Positions 9,429 to 18,378 of a DNA stretch of 64,000 bases are shown here, piece by piece. The position numbers and the translations under genes are program-made. The notes beneath the pieces were generated by a model. The model worked only from the letters and a program-made list of their open reading frames with translations. It was not told where the DNA came from and searched no databases. The stretch comes from Candidatus Poribacteria bacterium (GTDB lineage: Bacteria; Poribacteria; WGA-4E; WGA-3G). Location: NCBI GenBank assembly GCA_965205015.1, contig OZ242029.1, forward strand, positions 455,937-519,936, in the 5' to 3' direction. The stretch's first letter is position 1. Each line of letters begins with the position of its first letter.

Positions 9429-9803
9429 ATGACCTCGATTCGCTTTCTCGTCGATATGAATCTTTCACCAAGAATAGTTACTGATCTGCGTCAGCAGGGC
9501 TGGGATATTCTTCGAGTTTCGCAAGTTTTACCTATGGATGCTCCAGACTCTGAAATCCTTGAATTTGCTCGCCAACAAAACCGTGTGATCATTACTCAGG
9601 ATTTGGACTTTTCCTCATTACTGGCGTTGGGCGGTTATGAAAAACCCAGTTTAATCACTTTTCGCTTATCTGTCCCTGATCCTGAAACAATTACGTGGAA
9701 ATTATTGGAACTTTTATCTGATATTGAAGAAGAATTATTGGCAGGCTGTGCAGTAGTCATCGATGATCGGAGGGTGCGGGTTCGTCGCCTGCCGATCTTG
9801 TAG
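9429..9803 (+). CDS. DUF5615-family (PIN-like) putative toxin
   Basis: IRFLVDMNLSPRIVTDLRQQGWDILRVSQV...VIITQDLDF is typical of DUF5615 proteins that pair with DUF433. Confidence 0.7.
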   Translation: MTSIRFLVDMNLSPRIVTDLRQQGWDILRVSQVLPMDAPDSEILEFARQQNRVIITQDLDFSSLLALGGYEKPSLITFRLSVPDPETITWKLLELLSDIEEELLAGCAVVIDDRRVRVRRLPIL

Positions 9804-9825
9804 GTTGAAACCCAGCAGAAACATT

Positions 9826-10722
9826 ATGAACTGGTCATCTCGTGTAAAACCTATCAAAATCCGTCAACTCTATCGGTATGCTCGACTTGGCATCTACGAC
9901 GACACTTTACTACACGATGTAGGGTGGGAACTCTACGCTCGCTGTGTTGATATCGCTACAGTCGCCGACGTTTACCGAGGCGGACGTGTGCCGTGTCCGA
10001 AGTGTAGCACAAAGGTAACGCGCCGCATTGATCCACTCTTTAGTAGGGGTGAAGGTGGCACGCACGAACACTGGTTTCGCTGCCCACACTGTACCGAGCG
10101 GCTGCTTTGGCGCGACTGCCGTCAGGCACTCCGAAACATCCCGCGATGTTTCGACTGTCGCACTGTTCTACAGAAAGAGGTTGTGTTGAGCTGCGCTTGT
10201 GGTAAAACATGGACCCAAGACGCTTATAAGCAATCGGTGAGAACCCGTGTCCTCTTACCCTGTCCGCACTGTTTTAATCTCGTCCGCAGACCAGATCCAC
10301 CACCGATGGATCGAACTACCCAAAAACGACGATCCGAACCTGAGTTGCAATGTCCGAAGTGTCAAGGCATTGCAGTCCATCAGCACGGGAATATTGAATG
10401 TACAGTCTGTGGTTACAAACGTCGATGGCGGGATTACCGGAAGAGTTTAAAAAAGAAGGACGAGAAACTCGAATGCCCGAAGTGTCAACATGCCTTTAGA
10501 TGGCAGGCGTGGCGTAAAAGCACCCGTTCACTCCGAACCGGCAATCCGAGACCCGCACGCGAATTCGTTAAAAAGTGGCTCAGGTGCCGCACACCGCAAC
10601 AGTGCATGATACAGATCGATACCCTACTTCAGACGCTGCACGGTAGGGGTCCGTTAGCACCCCTGTTTATTGACAGTGGTGAACACAACATCCGCCAGAT
10701 GCTTGACGATCTGGCTTCATAA
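9826..10722 (+). CDS. Cysteine-rich multi-zinc-ribbon protein of unknown function
   Basis: There are at least seven CxxC pairs (CPKC, CPHC, CFDC, CPHC, CPKC, CTVC, CPKC) in degenerate repeats ending W..(R/K)KS. The protein is basic. The start is moved to the Met after the DUF5615 stop. Confidence 0.5.
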   Translation: MNWSSRVKPIKIRQLYRYARLGIYDDTLLHDVGWELYARCVDIATVADVYRGGRVPCPKCSTKVTRRIDPLFSRGEGGTHEHWFRCPHCTERLLWRDCRQALRNIPRCFDCRTVLQKEVVLSCACGKTWTQDAYKQSVRTRVLLPCPHCFNLVRRPDPPPMDRTTQKRRSEPELQCPKCQGIAVHQHGNIECTVCGYKRRWRDYRKSLKKKDEKLECPKCQHAFRWQAWRKSTRSLRTGNPRPAREFVKKWLRCRTPQQCMIQIDTLLQTLHGRGPLAPLFIDSGEHNIRQMLDDLAS

Positions 10723-10792
10723 AGGTAAACCAAATCCAGAAATAAAATAAGCGATTGCTAATTGATGAAATTAGCAACGCAGGAGGAACACC

Positions 10793-11551
10793 ATGAAAGT
10801 TCTGTTTTTTGTGACCCTCATTATCAGCTTGGTGGTACCCGGCACACTTTGGGCGAAAAATCTGGCACTGGAGTTAGATGGCGCGACGGCTATCGAAGTC
10901 CCAAATAGCGACAGCCTAAATCCTAAAACCGCGATAACGATAGAGGCGTGGATGAACATGAGCAAACCCGTCGGTGAATGCCTTGCAAAGGACTGGGGCG
11001 GTCAAAGGGATTACATCTTTCCAGAAATTGTCCAAAATGGAAACGGATTACGGTTTGTCCTCTGGCCCGGCACAAAAATTCTGGATGTCCCTGGATTGGA
11101 GCCGAACAAATGGCAACATGTCGCTGGGGTCTGGGATGGTAAAGAGATGCGGACATATATTGATGGGGAGGAGAAGGGGGCCGCACCTTTTGGAGCAAAG
11201 GAATTAGCCGCAACCGACGCTTCGCTGTATATCGGTGTCGGTGACAGTAAAAGTTGGTTCTGTACGGGGTCGATTGATGAAATCCGTATCTGGGAAGTCG
11301 CTCGGACCGAAGAAGAGATTAACGAGTTCATGATGAAGGTCCTCAACGGCGATGAAGCGGGATTAAACGCACACTACACTTTCGATGAAGGCAACGCCAA
11401 CGATAATACCAAAAACGGCAACGATGGCGACGGTGGGTTTGGAAAACCGAACTACATTGATGTTACCAACGCCTTGGATCTTGAGCCGCTTTCTGTTGAC
11501 CCAGAAGATAAATTGACGACAACATGGGCGTGGGTGAAACGAACCCGATAA
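10793..11551 (+). CDS. Secreted LamG / concanavalin-A-like lectin domain protein
   Basis: A signal peptide is followed by LALELDGATAIEVPNSDSLN...ITIEAWMN...WQHVAGVWDGKEMRTYIDGEE...IDEIRIWEVART, the Laminin_G_3 pattern. Confidence 0.6.
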   Translation: MKVLFFVTLIISLVVPGTLWAKNLALELDGATAIEVPNSDSLNPKTAITIEAWMNMSKPVGECLAKDWGGQRDYIFPEIVQNGNGLRFVLWPGTKILDVPGLEPNKWQHVAGVWDGKEMRTYIDGEEKGAAPFGAKELAATDASLYIGVGDSKSWFCTGSIDEIRIWEVARTEEEINEFMMKVLNGDEAGLNAHYTFDEGNANDNTKNGNDGDGGFGKPNYIDVTNALDLEPLSVDPEDKLTTTWAWVKRTR

Positions 11552-12396
11552 TCCGTTTTTGGAGGAATCAGAAATTGTATCAACTTTCAGATGAGATTCT
11601 TTCGTTCTATAGACAGACACAAGAATCGAAAAGACTTACAAATAACGTCAAAGGACAGATAGAATTTACGCGGACGCAAGAGATCATCACACGCTATCTA
11701 CCCGTGCCACCAGCAGTCGTTTTGGACATCGGTGGCGGTTCGGGGCCTTATGCCTGTTGGTTAGCAAAGGCAGGCTATGAGGTCCACCTCGTGGATCCAG
11801 TGGACCTACATATCGATCAGGCGAAAGAAGCTTCAAACCAACAGCCGGAACACCCGATTGCCAGTGTGTCGCTCGGTGACGCGCGGGACCTACGTTTTTC
11901 ATCCATGTCCGCGGATGCCGTTCTGTTGTTGGGTCCCCTCTATCATCTGATTGATAAAAACGAACGGCTACTTGTCCTCAGCGAGGCGCATCGTGTCCTG
12001 CGAAACGGTGGCGTTACGGTTGCCGCCGGTATCTCACGCTTTGCGTCTATGCTCGACAGTTTTTTTGAGGATCGATTCAGGATTCCTGTTCACATGGACA
12101 TCGTTCAAAACGATCTTGAAACGGGGTACCATCGTAACCTGACTGAGGACCTTAATTATTTTACGGATGCCTATCTTCACTGCCCGGAAGAACTCAGTTC
12201 CGAAGTGGTCGAAGCAGGTTTTCAGCATCAAGCAACACTTGCTGTGGAAGGACCCGCATGGCTTTTCAGGTCGGTTGAAAATTATTGGGCAGATTCCGAC
12301 CAGCGTGCTATGGTCTTAAATATGATTCGCAAGATCGAAGCAGAGCCTTCAATACTCGGTATGAGCGCGCATATCCTCGCGATAGGCACGAAATAG
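11524..12396 (+). CDS. Class I SAM-dependent methyltransferase
   Basis: Motif I is VLDIGGGSGPYACWLAKAGYEVHLVDPV and post-I is AVLLLGPLYHL. The true start may be TTG at 11575 after GGAGG at 11561. Confidence 0.8.
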   Translation: MGVGETNPIIRFWRNQKLYQLSDEILSFYRQTQESKRLTNNVKGQIEFTRTQEIITRYLPVPPAVVLDIGGGSGPYACWLAKAGYEVHLVDPVDLHIDQAKEASNQQPEHPIASVSLGDARDLRFSSMSADAVLLLGPLYHLIDKNERLLVLSEAHRVLRNGGVTVAAGISRFASMLDSFFEDRFRIPVHMDIVQNDLETGYHRNLTEDLNYFTDAYLHCPEELSSEVVEAGFQHQATLAVEGPAWLFRSVENYWADSDQRAMVLNMIRKIEAEPSILGMSAHILAIGTK

Positions 12397-12409
12397 AGGA
12401 TGACTGATA

Positions 12410-13231
12410 ATGCCTGAAAATCAAGTGGTTCACAAGACGGAAATACCTGTCACAGTCGAGTCGCTGCAGGCGGATTTTGAAGATCTCGGCATTGAAAAGG
12501 GGATGACTTTACTCGTTCATTCGTCCTTGAGCGCGATCGGATGGGTCTGCGGCGGTCCCGTTGCCGTCATCATTGCACTTCAGGAAGTCTTAGGGGAAAC
12601 TGGCACACTCGTGATGCCAACCCACTCGACCGACCTCAGTGATCCAAGCCAATGGGGGAATCCACCCGTGCCGGAGTCGTGGTGGCAAACCATACGGGAG
12701 ACGATGCCTGCCTACGCTCCCGATTTGACCCCGACCCGTTCCATGGGCACAATTGTCGAAACGTTCCGAAAGCAAAAAGGGGTTCTCCGCAGTGCACATC
12801 CACAGCATTCCTTTTGTGCAAAGGGTCCTCAAACATCCTATATCATCAATAACCATCCTTTGGCTTATGGCATGGGTGAAGACTCACCCCTTGCCAGAAT
12901 CTATGATTTGTATGGTTCTGTCCTACTCCTCGGTGTTGGACATTCAAACAACACGTCCCTACATCTCTCAGAATATCGAGCAGACTTTCCGGCCAAACGT
13001 ATCGTCCGAGAAGGCGCTCCAGTCTCACAGGCGGGTTCAAGGGTATGGACAACCTTTGAAAATATCGATGTAGACGCTTCGGATTTTGATCGGATCGGTG
13101 AAGACTTCCTGCGATCTGATGCCGGAAAAGTGGTTCGACACGGCAAGGTCGGCAACGCAAATTGCCAACTGATGCCACAACGTGTCGTAGTTGACTTTGC
13201 CGTCGATTGGCTTGAAAAAAATAGAACGTAG
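12410..13231 (+). CDS. Aminoglycoside N(3)-acetyltransferase family protein (AAC(3); Antibiotic_NAT fold)
   Basis: Colinear with AAC(3) enzymes (LLVHSSLSAIGWVCGGP...LVMPTHS...SAHPQHSFCAKG...LLLGVGHSNNTSLHLSEYRA...QLMPQ). Confidence 0.8.
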   Translation: MPENQVVHKTEIPVTVESLQADFEDLGIEKGMTLLVHSSLSAIGWVCGGPVAVIIALQEVLGETGTLVMPTHSTDLSDPSQWGNPPVPESWWQTIRETMPAYAPDLTPTRSMGTIVETFRKQKGVLRSAHPQHSFCAKGPQTSYIINNHPLAYGMGEDSPLARIYDLYGSVLLLGVGHSNNTSLHLSEYRADFPAKRIVREGAPVSQAGSRVWTTFENIDVDASDFDRIGEDFLRSDAGKVVRHGKVGNANCQLMPQRVVVDFAVDWLEKNRT

Positions 13232-13257
13232 AAACAATTTGCTGAATCTAAAAAAAT

Positions 13258-13287
13258 TGATTTTTCGTTACGTATGTGTTATACTGT
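13258..13287 (+). promoter_or_regulatory. Putative sigma70 promoter (TTGATT - 17 bp - TATACT)
   Basis: TTGATTTTTCGTTACGTATGTGTTATACT lies immediately upstream of the small membrane protein gene. Confidence 0.3.
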
Positions 13288-13332
13288 AAATATCTGAACC
13301 TTAAGCGGAAAGGAAAATTAAAGAAGCGGTCT

Positions 13333-13788
13333 ATGGAAGAGAAACGGGGATCCTTATTTACCGTCCGAGACGCAGAAAGTGCCATCATTACCTATACGGT
13401 ATTAGGACTCCTCTACATTATCGGGATATGTCTCTACGAACTTGTTGCCGGATGGAACGGCGTGCTGCAGCTGTTAGCGATGTTAGACGCAACGTTCCCG
13501 GTATTCAATCGGACTGCAATTGCGTTCATTGTCTTTAAAGAAGGAGTGGATATCATGCTAAGGCGTTTTAACGAATGGCGTGCTGAACATGCACAAAGCC
13601 TTGCAAAAGCGAAAGAACAAGGGATCGAACAAGGGATCGAACAAGGGATCGAACAAGGAATTGAGCAGGGGCGCGCAGAAGCATACCAAGCCATTGCGGC
13701 TTGGAATAGACGCAGACTCGCAGCCGAGGCGAAAGGTATTCCTTTCAATGAACCTCCCCCGTCACAGAACGGAAGCGAACACGGATAG
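13333..13788 (+). CDS. Small membrane protein with a (GIEQ)n tandem repeat
   Basis: A hydrophobic helix (AIITYTVLGLLYIIGICLYELVAGW) is followed by EQGIEQGIEQGIEQGIEQG. No recognisable family. The start is taken at MEEKRGS. Confidence 0.45.
   Translation: MEEKRGSLFTVRDAESAIITYTVLGLLYIIGICLYELVAGWNGVLQLLAMLDATFPVFNRTAIAFIVFKEGVDIMLRRFNEWRAEHAQSLAKAKEQGIEQGIEQGIEQGIEQGRAEAYQAIAAWNRRRLAAEAKGIPFNEPPPSQNGSEHG
13611..13673 (+). repeat. 12-bp coding minisatellite (GAACAAGGGATC)x~5
   Basis: aaagaacaagggatcgaacaagggatcgaacaagggatcgaacaaggaattgagcagggg is read directly from the sequence. Confidence 0.85.
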
Positions 13789-13806
13789 GCACAAGGAGGA
13801 ACACGG

Positions 13807-14850
13807 ATGACAGCATTAAAAGAACTTCGCGTATCCAACGATGCGATGAACGATCCGGAAGAATTGCGTCACCGGATCTCGGAAGAAGGATATGTTTTCT
13901 TCAAGAAGCTGCAAGATCCCGACAAACTCTGGGCGTTGCGGCGAGAAATGCTAACAACGATGCAGGAAGGCGGTTGGCTCATCGCAGGGACCGACCCCCT
14001 GGACGGTATCGCCGATATATCCACCCAGTGTACCGAAGGCGACCCGGAATACACGGATGTGTACCATGAGGTGTATAAGTTAGAGGCGTTTCACCGTTCC
14101 GGGCATTGGCACGAAGTCGTCGATATGGTCGAGAAGATTGTCGGTAGAGAGGTGCTACCGCATCCACAGAAGATTGCGCGCCTCTGGTTTCCTCAGTACA
14201 CGGCGCACACCACACCGATACACCAAGACTTCGTTCACTTCCAAGGGAATTTCCAGACCTATACCTGCTGGGCACCCATCGGGGATTGTCCCATAGAATT
14301 GGGAGGCTTGGCAGTCCTACCCGGTTCCCATAAAGTCAATAAGGTCATGGAACACCACTTCTCACTCGGGGCTGGGAGTTTGTGCGTTAATGAGGACGAG
14401 TTGTCGGGTGAATGGCACTCCACGAACTATGAGGTTGGCGATACGCTCATTTTTCCTGCTTTGACGATTCACAAAGCATTGCCAAATCTAACCGAGGATC
14501 GGCTCCGCGTCTCGCTCGACAACCGCTATCAGGCTGCCGATGACCCGATCGCTGAGCACATGCTTGAACCGCACCTGAACATTTTCAACTCCCTCACGTG
14601 GGAACATGTCTACCGCAATTGGGAGTCCGATGAACTGAAGTATTATTGGAAAGACCGGGATCTGACGGTTCTCCCAAGGGATTTCAGTTACGGAAACAAA
14701 GGGTTTGAGGAAGCGTTGGAGTTGGCAAGCAACGGAGATGAACGCGCCATCCTACACTTAAACCGAGCGGTCAAGCGCGATGCCACGACCGAATTGGCAC
14801 AGCGAGCGGCGGCAATCCTGCAAGAAATCAACGCCGGGACTGTTCAATAA
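13807..14850 (+). CDS. Phytanoyl-CoA dioxygenase (PhyH) family Fe(II)/2-oxoglutarate oxygenase
   Basis: An HxD...H facial triad (IHQDFVH ... TIHKALPN) within the double-stranded beta-helix PhyH arrangement. Confidence 0.75.
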   Translation: MTALKELRVSNDAMNDPEELRHRISEEGYVFFKKLQDPDKLWALRREMLTTMQEGGWLIAGTDPLDGIADISTQCTEGDPEYTDVYHEVYKLEAFHRSGHWHEVVDMVEKIVGREVLPHPQKIARLWFPQYTAHTTPIHQDFVHFQGNFQTYTCWAPIGDCPIELGGLAVLPGSHKVNKVMEHHFSLGAGSLCVNEDELSGEWHSTNYEVGDTLIFPALTIHKALPNLTEDRLRVSLDNRYQAADDPIAEHMLEPHLNIFNSLTWEHVYRNWESDELKYYWKDRDLTVLPRDFSYGNKGFEEALELASNGDERAILHLNRAVKRDATTELAQRAAAILQEINAGTVQ

Positions 14851-15158
14851 TGGAGTTCCATTACCAAGACATCGTGCCGTGGGGGAGATCGTTTGACGAA
14901 TATTTGGGTATGTTTAATCTCTCCGAGGACGACTTGGCGCGGGACCTTGTTGATGTAGGCGGCGGTCCCGCGTCGTTCAATTCCTTGATGCACCAGCGCG
15001 GCACGCCGATCGTCTCCGTGGATCCGATTTATCGGTATTCTGAGGCAGAATTGCGCCAGCGAATTCAGGACACCTACGACGATGTCATCGCCCAAGCCCA
15101 ACAGAATCAAGGTGATAGCACCCACTGCCTAAAGGAGACCGGGGCTTCGGTTTCGTAG
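14850..15158 (+). pseudogene. 5' fragment of a class I SAM-methyltransferase gene interrupted by IS insertions
   Basis: Motif I (LVDVGGGPASF) is present but the ORF stops after 102 aa. The matching 3' part (motif II PFPDGHFDLVLSAHLL) resumes at 17914 beyond two inserted elements. The last ~13 codons are probably IS-derived. Confidence 0.5.
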
Positions 15159-15330
15159 CAACTGCGGTTTTCTCTAAGAGTCCACCGTCTAACTGTTGCT
15201 CCACCCGCGGGCATTTCCCTGATACTCTGAAATAGGTGAGTATCAGGCATATCGTCAAGTGACGGCTATCCCTGCCCGCAAAATGTTTATTGCAGCGTTG
15301 ATGTCTCGGTCATGGTGAGAACCACAATCG
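15117..15330 (-). ncRNA. Putative TnpB right-end RNA (reRNA / omega-RNA)
   Basis: By analogy with characterised TnpB systems, the guide RNA derives from the 3' end of tnpB plus the element's right end. Nothing is verified structurally. Confidence 0.25.
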
Positions 15331-16367
15331 GGACACGTCCACTGCCTATCTGAAAGGGTTAGGGTTTCGTTGTGAAAACCACAATCACTGCACGGCTTTG
15401 TCGTAGCAGTCCATTGTCCGACTTGTTTCAAAAGACGCTTATGCTTGCTACATTTATACTTCAATATCTCAACAAACTGGTAGAAAGCAAGATCAGAGAC
15501 TTTACGTCCCCAAAGCCGTTTCATGCCCTCAAGATTCAAGGTTTCAATGGCGATGGTATCGAACCTTTTACAAAGTTCAGTGGCAAGCTGCCAATGAAAA
15601 TCTTTGCGTTGATTCGTGATTTTCCGATAGAGGCGTGCGAGTTGTCGAACACAGCGCCACCAGCCATTAGAACCTTTTACTTTACGAGAAAGCGATTTGT
15701 TGAGGGTTCGCAATTTGTTCAAGGAGTGTTTCAAAGGTTGTGGGTGTTGTTTCTTTTCACCCGTGCTCAGCGTCAAAAATGCGTCTTTCATACCGAAGTC
15801 CGCCCCAACGCTTTCACCTGTTGTCGGCAGACGTTTCATATCCGTGTAGTCCGTGGTTATACAAAGCCAATAATCACCGCAGTTATCACGCTTTACCGTG
15901 ATATATCTAATAAACCCGTGCCACTGGCGGTGTTTGTGAAAAGTGTAAGGCATGCGGTCAAATCGCCATTTACCGTTTTCCCATTTACAGAAGGTCAGTG
16001 TAATCCGATTATTTTTCAGTTTCCAACCTGCCTGACCGGGAAAGGTAACAGACTTAAACTTATGCCGTTTCTTAATTTTCGGTCTGCCACCCAGTTTCTT
16101 GAAAAAACGAACGTATGCTTTGTCAATACGTCTCAATTCCTGCTGAACCGCTTGACTCGGCAAGGACCTCCAATGTGGGTGTGTTGTCCGCTTGAGTTCT
16201 TTAAAGTGGCTATCCATAGCGTTATAGTTCGCATACGGCAGCCCGTCTTTATACCTTTGACGGTGCCACCTATGGAAGTATTCATGCACTTGCCACATAT
16301 CGTCAAGCATGTTGCCAATGCGGATACAATTCGATTGATCGCCAAACTTATATTTATACGTTTTCAT
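15255..16367 (-). CDS. tnpB: TnpB (IS200/IS605 OrfB; RuvC-like RNA-guided endonuclease)
   Basis: 370 aa with RuvC-I GADFGMKD, RuvC-II IAIETLNLEGM, a zinc finger CSDCG...CPDCG and RuvC-III HDRDINAAINI. The antisense 355-aa ORF is shadow. Confidence 0.9.
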   Translation of the reverse strand: MKTYKYKFGDQSNCIRIGNMLDDMWQVHEYFHRWHRQRYKDGLPYANYNAMDSHFKELKRTTHPHWRSLPSQAVQQELRRIDKAYVRFFKKLGGRPKIKKRHKFKSVTFPGQAGWKLKNNRITLTFCKWENGKWRFDRMPYTFHKHRQWHGFIRYITVKRDNCGDYWLCITTDYTDMKRLPTTGESVGADFGMKDAFLTLSTGEKKQHPQPLKHSLNKLRTLNKSLSRKVKGSNGWWRCVRQLARLYRKITNQRKDFHWQLATELCKRFDTIAIETLNLEGMKRLWGRKVSDLAFYQFVEILKYKCSKHKRLLKQVGQWTATTKPCSDCGFHNETLTLSDRQWTCPDCGSHHDRDINAAINILRAGIAVT

Positions 16368-16549
16368 GGACTATCAAGTATCAAGTCTTTAACCCCTGTT
16401 CAGTGGGTAGGCAGACACACAATCAAGCGATTGTGCTGAACACGTCTGCCAACTTGATGCTTTAATTATACTACATTTTTGACTAAATGTCAAATCTTTT
16501 TCGACAACAAAACCTAATGCCCGTCTACATCCCGCAAGCTAAAGCATGG

Positions 16550-17913
16550 GGTCACTTACCCCCATTTTTTTTCGAGAGTAGATTGTAGTTGATGTAGTCA
16601 GGTTTTTCTGTGAGAAAGTCAGTCAGTGAGTGGGTCCGAAAAGTGGATCCCCTCTGGCACCTATCTCGGTGAAAAAGGAGATAAGAAAGTGTTGGTTCCA
16701 TAAGTCGGTGAGCACGCGTTTGATAATAGTAATAACAGAAAAAGTTTTTCTGTTATTACTATTATATGCCCTCTGCCAATGCGTAGAGGCGACCTTCTCG
16801 TAACTGATAAACAGCAATCCATAAGCGAGGCAGGCACATAACCAAAGGACCTCCAGACGCGCTTGTGTCGGTTTTTTCAAGACGAGTTTACCAAATCCGA
16901 AGCACGACTTTATATCTCGAAACCCGTGTTCAATCTGCATGCGGCGTTTGTAGCAGTGATGTATCTGATGTCCACTGAGGCGATTGGAGATAAGATACAT
17001 CGGGTCTTTGAAGGTCTCATCTCTGAGGATATAGAGTTGAAGCGGTATCTGCTCCTGCGCCTGATAAAGGATATGCCGATACCAGCCCGCTTCGAGGTCA
17101 TCAAGTTTCTTCAGACTCCCATCATGCCGGATACCGACATTTCTCGCAACACGCATCACGAACGGGATATCCCGTGCCTTGAGAAACTTGATGACGTATC
17201 GCGCACGCCCAAAACCACGGTCAAACACCAGAACAGGTCGTTGTTGATGCCGCGACACCACCCCTAAAGCCTCTTGATAAACATGGACACAGAAGTATTG
17301 GATAATCTCATTATGACTCTTATAGATACCCTCGTGAAGCTGGTGATCGCTATAGATGAACCAAAAGACAGGGATCGCACGATGCCGAAACGGGATCGAA
17401 ACAACAAGGGCTTTCCACCCGGCAATCAGAGACGTCTCATCAACGAGCAAATACAGATGAGCACCCGCATCCTTGAAAAACCAACCCACAACCGACACGA
17501 ACCACGCTTCTTTGAGCGCATCAATCGGCAGTGGGGTGTCAAGGAAACGCAGAAACCTTTTCTGTTTCGACTTCTCCCGCTTGACGACGAGCGACAAACG
17601 CGACGCAACTTCATTGATCCGAAACGTCGGGGCAACACTGATCGCTATCAAGACCAATACCAGATTCCGAAAAACCGGTTTTTTCATACCAACAGACTTG
17701 AAGATTTCTCCAAAACGTGTTATCATCGTTTCTGGATTTACCCGTTTTGGGTATCTCTTTTTCATAAAATACCTCCTTACATGTTTTGTAAAATGCGTTT
17801 ACAAACAGTTGCTGTAAGGAGGTATTTTATCATAAACCCACTGAGTTTCTCACACTTTTTACAACTAAAACCTTTCACCACAAACCTTCAGAAAAAAATG
17901 GGGGTAAGTGACA
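16550..17913 (-). mobile_element. IS4-family insertion sequence with 21-bp terminal inverted repeats and a 10-bp target-site duplication
   Basis: IR-L is GTCACTTACCCCCATTTTTTT (16550-16570) and its reverse complement is at 17893-17913. The direct repeat AAAGCATGGG occurs at 16540-16549 and 17914-17923. Confidence 0.75.
16623..17765 (-). CDS. IS4-family DDE transposase
   Basis: A DDE triad is spread across LLVDETSL, VFDRGF and RMQIEHGFRDIKS (a YREK-like motif), and length is 380 aa. Confidence 0.85.
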   Translation of the reverse strand: MKKRYPKRVNPETMITRFGEIFKSVGMKKPVFRNLVLVLIAISVAPTFRINEVASRLSLVVKREKSKQKRFLRFLDTPLPIDALKEAWFVSVVGWFFKDAGAHLYLLVDETSLIAGWKALVVSIPFRHRAIPVFWFIYSDHQLHEGIYKSHNEIIQYFCVHVYQEALGVVSRHQQRPVLVFDRGFGRARYVIKFLKARDIPFVMRVARNVGIRHDGSLKKLDDLEAGWYRHILYQAQEQIPLQLYILRDETFKDPMYLISNRLSGHQIHHCYKRRMQIEHGFRDIKSCFGFGKLVLKKPTQARLEVLWLCACLAYGLLFISYEKVASTHWQRAYNSNNRKTFSVITIIKRVLTDLWNQHFLISFFTEIGARGDPLFGPTH

Positions 17914-18362
17914 AAGCATGGGGTCTTGACGGGAAGATTGATAAATTCGTCTGGACGCACATCTTATCTGTCGATGAATTGGCGGAAATCAGGATGCAGG
18001 CGATGGAGGCGTTCTGCCGAGACTTTGAAAACGGTAAGCAACACGGACGCTATATAGACGCATCACTCCCCAATTTACCCTTCCCCGACGGTCATTTCGA
18101 CCTCGTGCTCTCCGCACATCTGCTTTTCTTTTACTCCGCCAACAGAGATTTAGCGTTCCATCTCAATGCGATTCGGGAACTCCTTCGTATCGGAACTGAG
18201 GTGAGAATCTTCCCGATTGTTGATGTCAACAGCAACCCTTCGCCCTTTTTGTCACCTGTTATTGATGAACTGGAAAAAGACCGGATTGCTTGCTCAGTGG
18301 AGCGTGTTCCCTACCATTTTCAGAAAACCGGGAATGAGATGCTACGGTTAAAGTCGTGCTGA
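17914..18362 (+). pseudogene. 3' fragment of the IS-interrupted SAM-methyltransferase gene
   Basis: KAWGLDGK...PFPDGHFDLVLSAHLLFFYS...LRIGTEVRIFP (motifs II and III). Reading frame resumes directly after IR-R of the IS4 element. The upstream part of the 17274 ORF is antisense to the transposase. Confidence 0.5.
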
Positions 18363-18378
18363 TTGTCTGACTCACAGA

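Larger units (their letters stand above)
15117..16539 (-). mobile_element. IS200/IS605-family tnpB-only element (approximate boundaries)
   Basis: tnpB has roughly 140 bp of non-coding sequence on the 3' side and 170 bp on the 5' side. The element sits between the two halves of the methyltransferase gene. No tnpA is present. Confidence 0.4.

Noticed and set aside
13611-13673. Short direct repeats as a possible CRISPR array
   Set aside because: The repeat unit is only 12 bp with no spacers, and it lies in frame inside a coding sequence. It is a minisatellite, not CRISPR.
15372-16439. 355-aa plus-strand ORF
   Set aside because: It is fully antisense to tnpB. It has no domain signatures and looks like shadow ORFs of GC-balanced genes. 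The TnpB frame has unmistakable RuvC and zinc-finger motifs.
17274-17913. N-terminal two-thirds of the 362-aa plus-strand ORF
   Set aside because: It is antisense to the IS4 transposase and inside the IS. Only the part after 17914 has methyltransferase motifs. The long ORF is an artefact of read-through from inside the IS.
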